Source of the DNA: Macrostomum hystrix | Lineage: Eukaryota > Animalia > Platyhelminthes | NCBI GenBank assembly: GCA_950097015.1 | Contig: CATNEN010000038.1 | Location: forward strand, 28,210,001-28,274,000 | DNA length: 64,000 nt | Direction of reading: 5' to 3' | Shown: one piece after another, positions 39,321-53,843 of the stretch | Layout of the letters: each line of letters begins with the position of its first letter | How positions within the stretch are numbered: position 1 is the first letter of the stretch | Program-made: the position numbers and the translations under genes | The notes under the pieces: generated by a model | The model's database searches: none | Seen by the model: only the letters and a program-made list of their open reading frames with translations | Told to the model about the DNA's origin: nothing

Positions 39321-40750
39321 CGCGGCAAGATTCGCAGCTAGAATCGCAGCAAGATTCGCAGCTAGAATCGCAGCAAGAGTCGTAGCTAGAATCGCAGCAA
39401 GAGTCGCAGCTAGAATCGCAGCAAGATTCGCAGCTAGAATCGCAGCAAAGTCGAATCTAGAATGGACCCCTTTTACGAAATTGGCTCTTGTCCTTGTCCC
39501 ATTGGCATATTTTGTGTGGTACAACATAGATAATTCAGCGAATGTAGATTCTAAATTGATTTACAACCTCCGAAATGCCCAAAAAATTCAATGCAAAGTA
39601 AGGTATGAATGGACTTCCCCTATACAATGTTTAATTAATAATGACAGACAATACGGAACGCGCTAAAATTATCTCTACCCAGTTCATTGTCCGTCTGGTC
39701 AATCTCATCTGTGATTGTGACTGCGAGGATTCCCGCATTTAGATGAAAAACAACTGATGTGCTCATTGGTAAATGAACTTCAAGGCTTCACCATAACTTA
39801 ATAGTGCGCCTTTGAATTTAATTAGGTCAACCGTAAGAGTCGGATTTTATTGAGTATTCTGAGAACGATATTACTTTTGCCTTCTACAGTAAAAATCAGT
39901 ACATGCTGAACTTTATTTCGAGAGCTTACGATTCTAGCAACAAATTTTGCTGCGATTCTAGCAACCAATCTTGCTGCGATTCTAGCTGTGACTCTTGCTG
40001 CGATTCTAGCTACGAATCTTGCTGCGATTCTAGCAACCAATCTTGCTGCGATTCTAGCAACCAATTTTGCTGCGATTCTAGCTACGAATCTTGCTGCGAT
40101 TCTAGCAACCAATCTTGCTGCGATTCTAGCTGTGACTCTTGCTGCGATTCTAGCTACGAATCTTGCTGCGATTCTAGCAACCAATCTTGCTGCGATTCTA
40201 GCAACCAATTTTGCTGCGATTCTAGCAACGAATCTTGTTTGCGATTCTATCTGCGATTCTAACTGCGATTCTAGCTGCGATTCTAGCTGCGATTCTAGCT
40301 GCGATTCTAGCTGCGATTCTAGCTGCGATTCTAGCTGCGATTCTAGCTGTGACTCTTGCTGCGATTCTAGCTACGAATCTTGCTGCGATTCTAGCAACCA
40401 ATCTTGCTGCGATTCTAGCAACCAATTTTGCTGCGATTCTAGCAACGAATCTTGTTTGCGATTCTATCTGCGATTCTAACTGCGATTCTAGCTGCGATTC
40501 TAGCTGCGATTCTAGCTGCGATTCTAGCTGCGATTCTAGCTGCGATTCTAGCTACGATTCTAGCTGCAATTCTAGCTGCGATTCTAGCTGCGATTCTAGC
40601 TGCGATTCTAGCTATGGCTCCAGCTACAATTATCGTTTTGAATATTACTGCGATTCAAGTTTCAATTTTTTCTGCGATTGTAGCTCTGACTCCTGCTGCG
40701 ATTCTATCAAGACTGCTGCGATTCTTCCAAGACTGCTGCGATTCTGACTC
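39320..40750. repeat. Inverted pair of 12/24-bp arrays (GCTAGAATCGCAGCAAGATT at 39320-39448; GATTCTAGC...TTGCTGC at 39928-40750) around a ~480-bp unique core
   Basis: The units of the two arrays are reverse complements. Confidence 0.9.
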
Positions 40751-41407
40751 TAATAATAGAAAGTATTGTTTTGACTTGTCAAGGCCTCCATTTTATCCTT
40801 TACCCTCTTCTATATTATTAAATCCGTAAACAATTAGAAATGTTTTTAAACCGTGAATTCGATACATCTTAAGGTTTTGTAAAAAAATCCAAAAACGCGA
40901 CTCATTGATGCGCTGTACTTGGTTAATTAGATAAGAGTCCAAAGTCTGATCCGCGGCCTGCTAGATAATGCATTTCTTAGATCTTTATACGAGCTTAGTC
41001 AACTCTAACTGCTAGCCGGCAGTCGAGATAAGCGACTAATTAGTTTCATTGAGGTGAAAATTCAGTTCAAAACGAGTGCGAACCTAAGCACCGCTAATCG
41101 ATAATTAGTGTTACAATATTGTTCCCATTGTTCTGCCCTAACAGAGGGGTAACAAATCAATTCGATTTTATTCCACCATGAGGTCACTAATTGTAAAGGC
41201 CGCTAAACAGGTGCCGGAGTCTCACTATAAACTCCTAGTTATTACCTTCATGGGAATAAAACATAAGGGAGAAACTAGCAGCACATTAATCTAATATACT
41301 CGTAGAATAGGGATCTCTTTTGCATAAATAGACGGGTCTCTACTGATTGAGAAGACATAAAAAATACTCTTCATTTGAATTAGGTTTTGCCACGAAATCA
41401 AATCAAC

Positions 41408-43627
<2,220 letters not shown>

Positions 43628-43989
43628 CTGCTCTCAGCTGACCAGCCCGGATAGGCACTGAGATTTTCTTGTCTGCTTTTATTTGGCTTCAAGAGGAATT
43701 TCTAATGCCGTCACGTTTTGCAATGAAAATAAACTGTAGCCTTATAGCTGATTGAATCAGAGCTCTTCACTAATTTGAGCATTGTCAAAATCAAAATGCT
43801 TAATTGTGTCTTCCTCTCTATTTAAACTCAGGGTTGTAGCCTAGTGGCTGGAGCTAGTGACAATAGTCTTGTGACAATGCTGGCTGTTCGCGAACACGGT
43901 TCTGAACTCCACATTGGTACAGTTTTCTGTCAAGGCTGAGTCAAGAGCTCTAGTCTAGTAAGCAAAAATCGATTAAAATTTATTCTGGT

Positions 43990-44082
43990 ATTTAGGAGGT
44001 TCGATTCTGTTGGAACCATTTGTGTCCTTTAGAATGAAACTTAACACTTCAGTGCGTCAGTTTATCAGGCTATAAAATGGTT
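43990..44082 (+). mobile_element. CORE-SINE-like relic
   Basis: GGTTCGATTC...TGTGTCCTTTAGAATGAAACTTAAC...CAGTTTATCAGGCTATAAAATGG, similar to 24358..24495. Confidence 0.5.
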
Positions 44083-44978
44083 AAACAGCATGGAGTAAGG
44101 TATAGTGTACCCCCTGTCCATGGACAGAACCATGAACCTATTATGCAGCCATCAGATACGCCGCGTCGTTGACGTGGTTCTGCTGATAATTTTTTAAATA
44201 CATTAAAAAAATTTCATACAACATCAAGTTACTATGCCTAACTAGTAAAAAATATACGATTCCGTCTACAAAATCAACGTTCTCGCTACAAAGTCCACGA
44301 TTCTGTCTAAAAAATCTACTATTCTGTCTACAAAATCTACGGTTCCGTCAACAAAATCTACGAATTTACGTTTCTGTCTACGTATCTAGTGCTGCTTTTA
44401 CACAAAAACTGGGTTTCCAAGCACTAGAACACGTACATACGGAGTACTTTTGTCTCGGGTTTGCAAAATGCCAAGCTAATGCTAAACTATAGCATGCATA
44501 ATTGCCAGTTGATTTGCATAACCAATTTAGAAGGCCTAATATTTCATTCCTAATTTAGTTATGTGTGCAGCTGTTTCTCTCTTCCTCTGGTTCTATCCCT
44601 CTTAACTTGCTTCATTATAATGCTTCGCTGCTAACACTCCCAATTATTTTAACTATATATTGTAGTAATCACGCGCTGAATTCATCTGGGATCTTACAGT
44701 ATAACCCTGAGAACAGACTGTGGATGGAGAAAATGAGAATTTTGGGGGGACTATACGTATAAGGGACAGAGAAAGAAAGTACAGCCCAATACAACCGTCG
44801 ACCAATCCCGAGCAACGGGCACTTCTCCCCCCACAACTCCTCCATTGTAACCCGCTGTAAAAACTGGCAGGAGTTGAAAAAGTGTAGCTCAGTGCCAATG
44901 TAGTCGAGATCCCATTTAGAATCGGTTCTCGCTTCTAAGATCTGGTCGGATCCAGTTTTTGTCAGACACCTAATAGCC

Positions 44979-46548
44979 ATGAGCGACCAATCTCAGCTGC
45001 CAGATTCAGTGCCAGATTCATCGATTGTTCCTGAAGTGGAATATCACAGAGTGGCGCAGTTGGACTACCCTGCAGCTGGTGTTGTTGACGACGATCGCGT
45101 ACTAATCGGTGGCCGAGAATCTACAATGTCAGGAATTCGATGCGGTCAACGACTAGGTGCAAAGCCGTTCGTTGGAAAATGTCCCGCCTGCGAGCAGCAG
45201 GTGACGTCGCGTTTGCGATATCGAATCGGCGCCAGAAGCTGTCACACTGCCGCTATGCTGGTGTGCCCGGGGTCAGTGACGCTCGTGTACTACGGCCATG
45301 AAAATTTGAGAAAGAAACGAAGATGGGTAAAGGATGGGAGACTGGAATACTCGTAGAAGAACAGACTGATTTGAGTAATTACCGGGATAGAGGAAGAGAC
45401 AGGGTAGAGACGGGTAGTGAAAGAGACGGGGTAGAGGAAGAGACGGGGTAGAGGAGACAGGTAGAGGAGACGGGTAGAGGAAGAGACGGGGTGAGACAGG
45501 TAGTGAAAGAGACGGGGTAGAGGAAGAGACGGAGTAGAGGAAGAGACGGGGTAGAGGAGACGGGTAGAGGAAGAGACGGGGTAGAGGAGACAGGTAGAGG
45601 AGACGGGTAGAGGAAGAGACGGGGTGAGACGGGTAGTGAAAGAGACGGGGTAGAGGAAGAGACGGGGTAGAGGAGACGGGTAGAGGAAGAGACGGGGTGA
45701 GACGGGTAGTGAAAGAGACGGGGTAGAGGAAGAGACGGGGTAGAGGACACGGGTAGAGGAAGAGACGGGGTAGAGGAGACAGGTAGAGGAGACGGGGTAG
45801 AGGAAGAGACGGGTTGGAGGGGGGTTAGCGGAATGGGCGGTTCCCTCCGCCTCCTCGCTGCGTCCGTCGGTACGGAGCACCCTGCAGATAAGTAAGACCG
45901 GGTGGAGGAAGAGACGGGGTGGAGGAAGAGACGGGGTCGAGGAAGAGACGGCCGTAGAGGAAGAGACGGGGTAGAGGAAGAGACGGGGTATAGGAAGAGA
46001 CGGGGTTGAGGAGAAAAGGTATAGGAAGAGATGGAATGGATGAAGGTTGTGGAAAACAAATAGAAGAAGAAAAAAACGCGGTAGAGAAAAACAGAGGGCA
46101 ATAGTAAGAAGGATTAGAATAAAATGAATGAAGACAGAGAGAGATAGTCGGATGTTTACTTGACATACGCTGATAATTGCTGCATGTCGAAGTACATAAA
46201 GTCGAGCCACGTCATAGTTCTAAATTGAACGTAATTCTAAAAATAGAACCAACCATTCAGCTTTACCGCCTATTATTAAAGTGTAAATGAGCCCCACGTA
46301 TGCCCTGGAAAAGAGTCGGACAAATAGACAATTGGTTGGCTAAAATCAATATTAATACGAGTATATCGTTTGTTTGGTTTCTCGTACGGCTACAATCAAC
46401 TCAAGTGAACTCAATTTTGTTTTACAGCGGACTATTCATTTTGCCGGCAGTATTCTTCTGGTTACCATTGGTGCTAGACAATTTCAAGGACGTGGTTCAC
46501 ACCTGCCCATTGTGCAAATGCGAGATCGGCTGGTACAGAAGAAGATAA
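44979..46548 (+). CDS. LITAF-domain protein; exons 44979-45271, 46428-46548
   Basis: CPAC...YRIG, a hydrophobic segment, then KDVVHTCPLC...IGWYRR. The phase-2 intron join is consistent. Confidence 0.9.
45383..46030. repeat. Purine-rich ~19-bp intronic minisatellite (GGGGTAGAGGAAGAGAC)
   Basis: Visible tandem array, interrupted at 45821-45896. Confidence 0.92.
45821..45896 (+). mobile_element. 76-bp extremely 5'-truncated LINE 3' end inserted in the minisatellite
   Basis: GGGGTTAGCGGAATGGGCGG...CCGCCTCCTCGCTGCGTCCGT...CCCTGCAGATAAGTAAG aligns with the 3' UTR of the LINE ending at 58689. Confidence 0.85.
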
Positions 46549-46670
46549 TTTCATTGAACTGACTCTCTATTGTACTTTTGATTTTAGCTTTCGTATGCTG
46601 CTTAGAAAAGTCAACAGTTCATTAAAATAAAAATAGATACAATTGAAGAGGGACTTCACAAGGAGGGGCA

Positions 46671-46994
46671 AATCATTTTGGTGTCACTAGACCCGCAGCC
46701 AGCGAGGAGGCAATTCTGCCCGTTTCGCTGACTCCTGAGCACACACGCACACAGATACCGTAAGCAGGCACACACTCACACAGGCGTGTACATCTGCCCT
46801 GACTTTCTCATCGTCAGGCAGTGTACACTCTTACTGTGCCTTGGAGGTTGGCCCTCAAGGGCGTAAATTCACGACAAGCCCCCAAGCCTTCTCTCTGCGG
46901 CTGCGCCCCAGATGAATGTGGTCCCATCGCGGATTCTAGCTCAGGGACCTTGGCGCGGGAGGCAAACACGTTAACCGCTCTGCCATAGACTCCC
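46671..46994 (-). mobile_element. Near full-length tRNA-derived SINE
   Basis: Reverse complement of the 48151 copy, with high identity. Confidence 0.92.
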
Positions 46995-47782
46995 AAGTTA
47001 AGACTTGGAGATCTTCGTTAAACAAAAAATATAAAAAACATAACTCCTGTTTAGCGCTGTCATTATTCTTTCAGGTATTTAGAATTTTTTACGTGTTTTT
47101 ATAGTTAAAAATATAAAATTAAGTGCGGAATGAATTAAAGTCAGTTGAAATCATTATTCAAACCAGCGACATAAAAACTCGGCAATTGCAACAAAAAAGA
47201 ATAACATGTGCTTTTTGACTCTACTATAAGTAGTGGTATAAAAAATATCAAGTATATAAGAAGAAAACAAGCAAAAATGAATTTGACAACTCAGAATTTT
47301 GTTGTGTGATCTCTGTGATCAAAAGTCGAGTGCAGAAGGTAAATTTTAAGAGGTTGTTTCTTAGAATCTTAAAATGCATTATTTGTTTCATTTATAAGAA
47401 AGTTAATCAAACTCGAAATTTCTTTCTCCTCAAAGTGAAGTAAATTTGCTTTAAAAATATACACGTAATAACGAAATTTAGAGATAAAAAGACTAAGCTA
47501 TGGCCACCAAAGGCCTTTCTACAGTCCTTTTTTGGTGGAAGTACAAAGTAAGTTTCATGAAACAGGTTGCAAAATCGTTCAATTTCGGCTCAAAATTTGA
47601 AACATTTTGATAGAAAAAAACTAAACGCTTTTAATTTTAGTTTTAGTTTCAAAATTACCAGTTTTGAATAGCTAAGAAAGAGACTAGAAATAACTTTGTT
47701 ATTTGTTATAGAAATGATAGGTAGCGCGAATTGGGGTTGTACATTAAGTTGTGTCTGTCTTTTAAAAGTAACGAAAATTGTT

Positions 47783-50490
47783 TTATTTCACTTTTGGCAG
47801 CTTTGATTGCTGAGAATGCTTAGAAGAAATTTTCGATTTGTTGCCGTGGGCCGCTGTCGTCTCAGCAGCTATTGGTAGTCTATTTGCGCTTGTCACCGGT
47901 CGCGAAATATGATTTCTAGAGCTTTGCGCATTTCGGCCATCTACTAGCTGCTGCTGCTGCTGCTGCAATGCGGTTTCCGCATCCATGGCCAAGCGCCTCA
48001 GTATGGCAGCGCAACCAGATTCAGCCAGACCGCGTCGATAACAAAGCCTGCAGGGGATATTGCAGTTAGGTTTGGAAAGATTTTGACACGTTCGATATTT
48101 TGAAATGGTGGTCTATTGTTTGGAGCTAGCTGGCTATTGCAAGGCGGTTAGGGGGTCGGTGGCAGAGCGGTTAACGCGATTGCCTCTCGCACCACGGTCC
48201 CTTGGAAGTTCGATTCCAAGGCGAGGCCACATTCGTTTGGGGCGCAGCCGCGGAGAGAAGGCTTTGGGGGCTTGTCGTGCAATTCACGCCCTTGAGGGCC
48301 AACCTCCAAGGCACAGTGAGAGTGTACACTGCCTGACGATGAGAAAGTCAGGGCAGATGTACACACCTGTGTGAGCGTGTGCCTGCGTACAGTATCTGTG
48401 TGCGTGTGTGCTCAGGAGTCAACGAAATAGGCAGAATTGCCTCCTCGCTGGCTGCGGGTCTAGTGTCGCCAAATGATGTTCCATTTGTTCCATCTACTAA
48501 ATATTCATCGGTCTGATACACCGGCAGGCAGGTAATATATCGATTTCTGCCATAGACGTAAATGTTTTAGATGCATGAGCATCTAGAGTTTGCCTTTAAA
48601 AATTTCGCAGAACTGGGAGTATGGCATTAAATGCTTTCCAGAAATTTCCTCGCGAGAAAAATAGACTTCAGTTGTCCCTCAAGTCTGTGAGCAGACTTTG
48701 ACTGCCCTGCGGTTTTTTGCGACCAACAGCTTCTACCACGTGATCCGAGACGCCCACGGACCGTCGGAGTCAACAGTGTGTCGAGTTGTGAGACGCGTGG
48801 CCAATGCAATTAACGCGGAGCTGTTCCATGAGACGGTCAGGTGGCCTGACCCCCATGGTCTTGCACAACGATTCTACGACATTGTGATTCTACGGCAGGC
48901 AAAAATCGTTCTGTCTCTTTCTAGCTTTATGTGAGCTCCCTTACTCTACCGCTTTTAAGTTTGTCTATGGCACTAACCGGCTGCTAAGGTTTCTGTCCAA
49001 CTTAGCAGTTCGTCGTGAAATCGATTTTCCGCAACAGCTAAATAGCAGCTGCTAACTGCTGACCTACCAGTGGTTCCATGACTCCGCACAAGTGGTCTTG
49101 GCCATGGACAAATATTGCTCGGAAGAAGTGGGCGGGCTTCACTGTTGATCCCTCGCCTACCATTATGTACTCTAGTAAGCTCAGTGCTCTGACACATTGA
49201 CACATAGACATAGATCTGCTTCGTGAAACCAAACCGCCTTTAGCAGCTGCTAAATAACCGTTAGCAGTGTTTCATGAAATTGGCCCCAGTTGTCCCTCAT
49301 GGGGTTGTTGTAACGTGCTGGGTTGTTGTGAAGTGCTGGGCAATTATGCTACTATGAGGGGATATTGTGGGATGGTAGGAATTCTGTATAGTGAGGTGGT
49401 GTCTTTTTCGTAGCGGTGGTAATTGTGAGGTGGTGGGCGCTTTGAGGTTGGTTAGGGATATTGTATGGCAATGCGTATTGTGAGGTAGTTAGTGGCGCAA
49501 GGATGTTGTAAGAGTAAAGAGCTGCTGTAGACAATAACTGCAATTTAAATTTGATACATAAATAAAAGAGGCGCGTTGCTGGTTTGCGGTTTTTTGGACT
49601 ATCGGCGTAAAATTTAAAACTTTGACGCATTTTTTACCTGGCCTCTACTCTGTAGTCCCTCGACATAAGCGTTTGTAGTTCAGCAAGTTTTTGCAGCAGT
49701 TTTATCTGAAAAAAAATAAACAAAAAATTTTGCTAATAGCAATTCTTTTTTATAAAATATGATCATACTTTTTTAAACACAATTGTGAAAAACAAACCTG
49801 GTTGCTAATTGGCGGTGTTATAACTGGCACGACGGACTCTGACCTGGATCGTCGCTGAGACGAAAAATCACCTTCAAATGACACGTGACGTCCATTTTGT
49901 ACTCTACTATCGCCTGGCCTAACAGTTTTGGTTCGATCTGACGAAGGCGACTGCTGTTGATTGGATGCCTTTCTGGCTAATAGTATGTTGGTATTCTTTT
50001 TCGTTTTTGAGCCAACAGGTTCAGCTGATCGAGAACGACGTTGCGTGGGTTTCGGGATTCGATCTGCCACTTTCGCATTGTTTATGGGCCGTATTTTCCG
50101 TCTTCTCGTCTGCTTCTTTGTTGAATTCGGAGCATTAGAATGTGATCCCGTGTCTGCGTCAGGCTGTTGCGGACTGGCTGGTCTAGAAGAATTTGAGTCG
50201 GCATCAGAATCTGCTGATTTTGATTGGTCTACAGGCTGACCAGTTGGTTCAGTGTGTTCCGGCTCAGAAACCACATCATCGATAGGGTTGTTCGCGATCA
50301 CGTCAGTTGAGTCATAAGCTGGACTTTCCTGCTGATCAAGTTCGTTACTGTTTACGGAAGGAGCGTCACTGGCGCCTTCCCGCTGGACGTCAGCAGTAGA
50401 TTCGACGTTGTTACTGTCCGCGGATTCATTTGTAGTTAGAAAAAACGCACCGGCCTCAGAGTAATTAGATTTTTCTGATGATTCATCCAT
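47783..50490 (-). CDS. Uncharacterised, largely low-complexity protein; exons 50490-49798, 49705-49638, 48047-47783
   Basis: Long ORF plus two phase-consistent GT-AG joins (...ISNQ|IKLLQKLAELQTLMSRDYRVEAR|LCYRRGLAESGC...KVK*). No family recognised. Confidence 0.7.
48151..48486 (+). mobile_element. Near full-length tRNA-derived SINE
   Basis: A-box TGGCAGAGCGG, B-box GTTCGATTCC, a central hairpin, a (GT)-rich tract and a LINE-like 3' region. Confidence 0.93.
48650..49287 (+). mobile_element. PIF/Harbinger transposon relic (HARBI1-type transposase fragment plus probable right terminus)
   Basis: The peptide LTALRFFATNSFYHVIRDAHGPSESTVCRVVRRVANAI...VRWP matches the HTH region of Harbinger transposases. 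Repeated TAGCAGCTGCTAA motifs and a TTTCATGAAATTGGCCCC end. Confidence 0.72.
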
Positions 50491-51137
50491 TGAGGGGCCA
50501 GTTCATCAAAACTGAAAATTTTGAGCTAAATTAGCTAATTCAAATGTAAAGTAATCTTATTAAGAAAAAAAGTACGCCGCTTCATAAGAAACAATACTGT
50601 TTATAAAAGAACTGTGGTAAATTTATAAATTAAATTTTCTATACAGAACTTTTGGGAAATTCTTAGACAATTATAAATTTATAAGTACCACTTAAATATA
50701 CATATCACTATATGAACCTTGGACTAAATTAGCAACTGTAAATTCCCTACAAATCTAAAGGGGGCTCACAAATTTTCAGCGTTACCATTAGATTGGCTTA
50801 AATATATCTATAAATTCAACCTGACGATGCAACAAAAACAACACACGATTCTGACGTGACTGTGTAAACTTTTTCGTTTCGTTTATTTCGTAACATAGAA
50901 ATTAATATTGCTCACATTTCGTAAATCGAAAAAATGTATTCCTGTGAAACCCACTTGGTTAAAAGCATTAAAGCAATACATAACTTTAAACTTTCGTAAA
51001 AAAATAGCATATATAGTGCATGATAATGTAAGACACAATTAAAAAAATATTTGAAACTCAAATAAATTCAAAGTTTTAACTTAAACATAACTTTCAACGA
51101 TTTAGAAACTTTTTGATTTTTTATCACGAGTTTAATT

Positions 51138-51182
51138 CAAGGACCACTTTCTAGAAGAGTGGTATTCTTCTAGTGGTCCTTG
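51138..51182. mobile_element. 45-bp micro-MITE with 11-bp TIR and perfect 8-bp TSD
   Basis: GTTTAATT-[CAAGGACCACT...AGTGGTCCTTG]-GTTTAATT. Confidence 0.75.
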
Positions 51183-52015
51183 GTTTAATTGTGTCGCCAT
51201 ATTGCTATTTCTGTATTGCTGCTCGCAGATCACTTCAATAAATAATCTCGTTTGTTCTTTTATTCGTCAAGTCTCGTTTTCTAATTTTTCGTACCAATTT
51301 TAAATGACCTGATTATATACTGTTAGCTTAAATATTAATCAAATACACATTAAGCTGCAACATTACACATTAAAATTCTATGTGAGCAAATTTTAAATGT
51401 GAGGTTGGGCCTGTTTTAGTTTAGGTATGTTAATGGAAAACATAGCTACCCATATCTTAAAATAATACATAATGACCATGTCTCTTGTCTATAAGTCTGA
51501 AACTCAGCTGTTTATTTATGTTTAAGGGGGAAGAGGGCTATTTCTTTCTATTTAAAATCTCACGGACTGACTTTAAGCTAGGCCTATTATTATTATTATC
51601 TTAAAATTTCTATTCTCAATCTTGACAAGTAGCTATAACACTACTATGTTATGTTATAGCCTTTGTTATAGCCTCTGTAGTGTTACAGGCCTTTTATAAA
51701 TACTAGGCCTACTCATGCTTATTGTTATTGCACATTTTAGGGTCAGTAATTCTATTATGTTGGATTTGCCAGTTGCTTCCCCTTATATAAAATATATTGT
51801 AGGGCTCCACAATTCAAACACTGACTTTCTATCTTGTAATTGACACCAAAGTTTTTCTAGCATTATCTTTTAATGTTTAATATATCGTCAAGGGCTTCAA
51901 TATCACCAAATTTGTTAAAGTAATTAAAACCTAGTTATTATATTTATCAAGTTGTTCTTGATATTTTGTCTTACACTTTATGTATTTCTATAAGTTAACT
52001 TATACATATCTATTC

Positions 52016-53843
52016 CCCTAATGGAGCGAATTAAAAAAAGCTGCAGACACCCCTGCTAAGCACAGGTGTGCAGTTGGTTTCAAGAAAAAGAGTGCAAATG
52101 CACAATTGCTATGTCTTCAGTCTGACTCAACATAGTGATTGCTTTTGCGAAAGAATGTTGAAAGACCTTTTTTTATCTCCATAGTGTATTTCTAAAAATA
52201 GAACAGCTATGTGGTGATATTTGCAAAATAGGGCCTATGGATGCATAGGGTAATATATCATCAACCAAACAAGAATGTGTATTTTTTTAACTTCAAACCT
52301 AAGCTACAGATTTTCTATTTAAGATATGATGATAAATCAAAAGCCAAGTTATAGAAAACAGTTACATCTTTCTAAAAAGTATTAGCTTTTGCTATTTTAT
52401 CAAATAGAAAAAAGTTATTCCTGCTTTTTATCTAAAACCGAACAATGATTTTCATGTATCTTCAAACCAAACAGAGAATTTGATGTTTGGTTTTATAATT
52501 TGAGTGAGTGGTTTAATCTTATTTTAAGGAGTGAACTATCATGAATTATGTAATTTGAAAGCATTTTCATGCTCTATAAATAACTACATTTATGGTCATT
52601 TAATTGGCAAGCAACCACATACAATCTTCGTCTAAAGTACATACTGAAAAAATGTTGTTAAAAAGTAGGGCCTATGCTTTTGCAATAAAAATTTCTACTG
52701 AAACATCAATATCTTTCTTTCCTCTTAATGCTTCATTGCACATCATGCCTCAGCTTGTAGATAATTTCTTCAACTTTCAAATTAGTTGTTCTGTGAAACA
52801 CATTAGCTTGTTTCTGTCTTGCACGAGACCAAGGAAGAAATCAAAATTCTTGTTCGGTTTTGAAGATACACTGTTCGGTTGATGATACATTACCCTATAC
52901 GGTATACCAAATGACCTTTTTGATCTCCATAGTGTATTTCCATAATTACAACAGCTAAGGTTGTCTTTTTGCACTCAGGCACTGCGGAGCATGTAGTCAT
53001 GTTTGTGAACAAATGTGCACCCCTCTATCAAAAAAATTCCTGTAACTGTTCCTGGCTAGAACCGCACCTACATGTACATGTAAGTTTATTTTAAAATGTA
53101 AACGTATACCTAAGCAAACAATAGCGTGGATGTACGGCACGGGTGCACACTGCTATACTATGTGCACCTACATGTACATTTATATGTATTTTATAATGTG
53201 TCATAATGTACATATATTTAAACACACAAGGTGCAAGTACAGAGGCACTGGCATTCACTACTAGCATCGCATCTACATGTACTTGTACATGTAAATGTAT
53301 TACAAAATATAAATTTATAAAGAACACAAGACATTAGTGTAGGGGCACAAGGGTGCACTGTTTGTTATACATCTACATCTACTTACGACAACTTTATGCA
53401 CACAAGGCGCGGCTGCGGGGACAGAAATTTCTTTCTGCGCAGCTGCATAGGCAATTTTTCACAAGCATGCCGGACGCTGTCCACAAAAACCCCTATTGGC
53501 TCTAATAGGGATCTATTCAATATGATAACATAGGCGTAATGTCATGGAGAGTGGCCTAAGCCTTGGCAGCAAGTAGCTCAGACTGCTGTCTGACTGGAAG
53601 GATATTACATTTGTTATGAAAGTGTTGGGCAGGTGAGTAGCCAAGGCAGCCAGTGGCAATGTACAGAGCTGCTTTCTGGGCTCTTTAAAGCAGATTCTAG
53701 CTGGAGTTGCTGAGATGCAGAAAGACAAACTGGTGTAAACTGTATAGCAATTGTGCATTTGCGCTCTTTTTCTTGAAACCAACTGCACACCTGCGCACCT
53801 AGCAGGAGTGTCCGGCAGCTTTTTTTAATTTGCTCCATTAGGG
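52016..53843. mobile_element. Non-autonomous DNA transposon-like element with ~100-bp imperfect TIRs
   Basis: CCCTAATGGAGCGAATTAAAAAAAGCTGC...GCACAATTGCTAT (52016-52112) is inverted at about 53743-53843. No coding capacity and no TSD seen. Confidence 0.75.

Noticed and set aside
38313-40829. Long ORFs rich in poly-L/C/A, SSN and AAIL
   Set aside because: They are products of stop-free simple repeats open in several frames on both strands.
48151-48227. tRNA-like sequence with A and B boxes
   Set aside because: No intact cloverleaf. It is the head of a multicopy SINE, not a tRNA gene.
48322-48364. CTGACGA...GAAA-GTC in the SINE body resembles a hammerhead core
   Set aside because: There is no room for stems II and III; the segment is simply the loop of a long hairpin (GTGTACACTGCCTGAC/GTCAGGGCAGATGTACAC).
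48439-48452. The SINE tail contains GCCTCCTCGCTGGC, identical to P3-L3 of the genomic HDV ribozyme
   Set aside because: No 7-bp P1 followed by GG, no P2 partner and no J4/2 catalytic C could be placed. The same bases are better explained by the P2 stem shared with the LINE 3' UTR.
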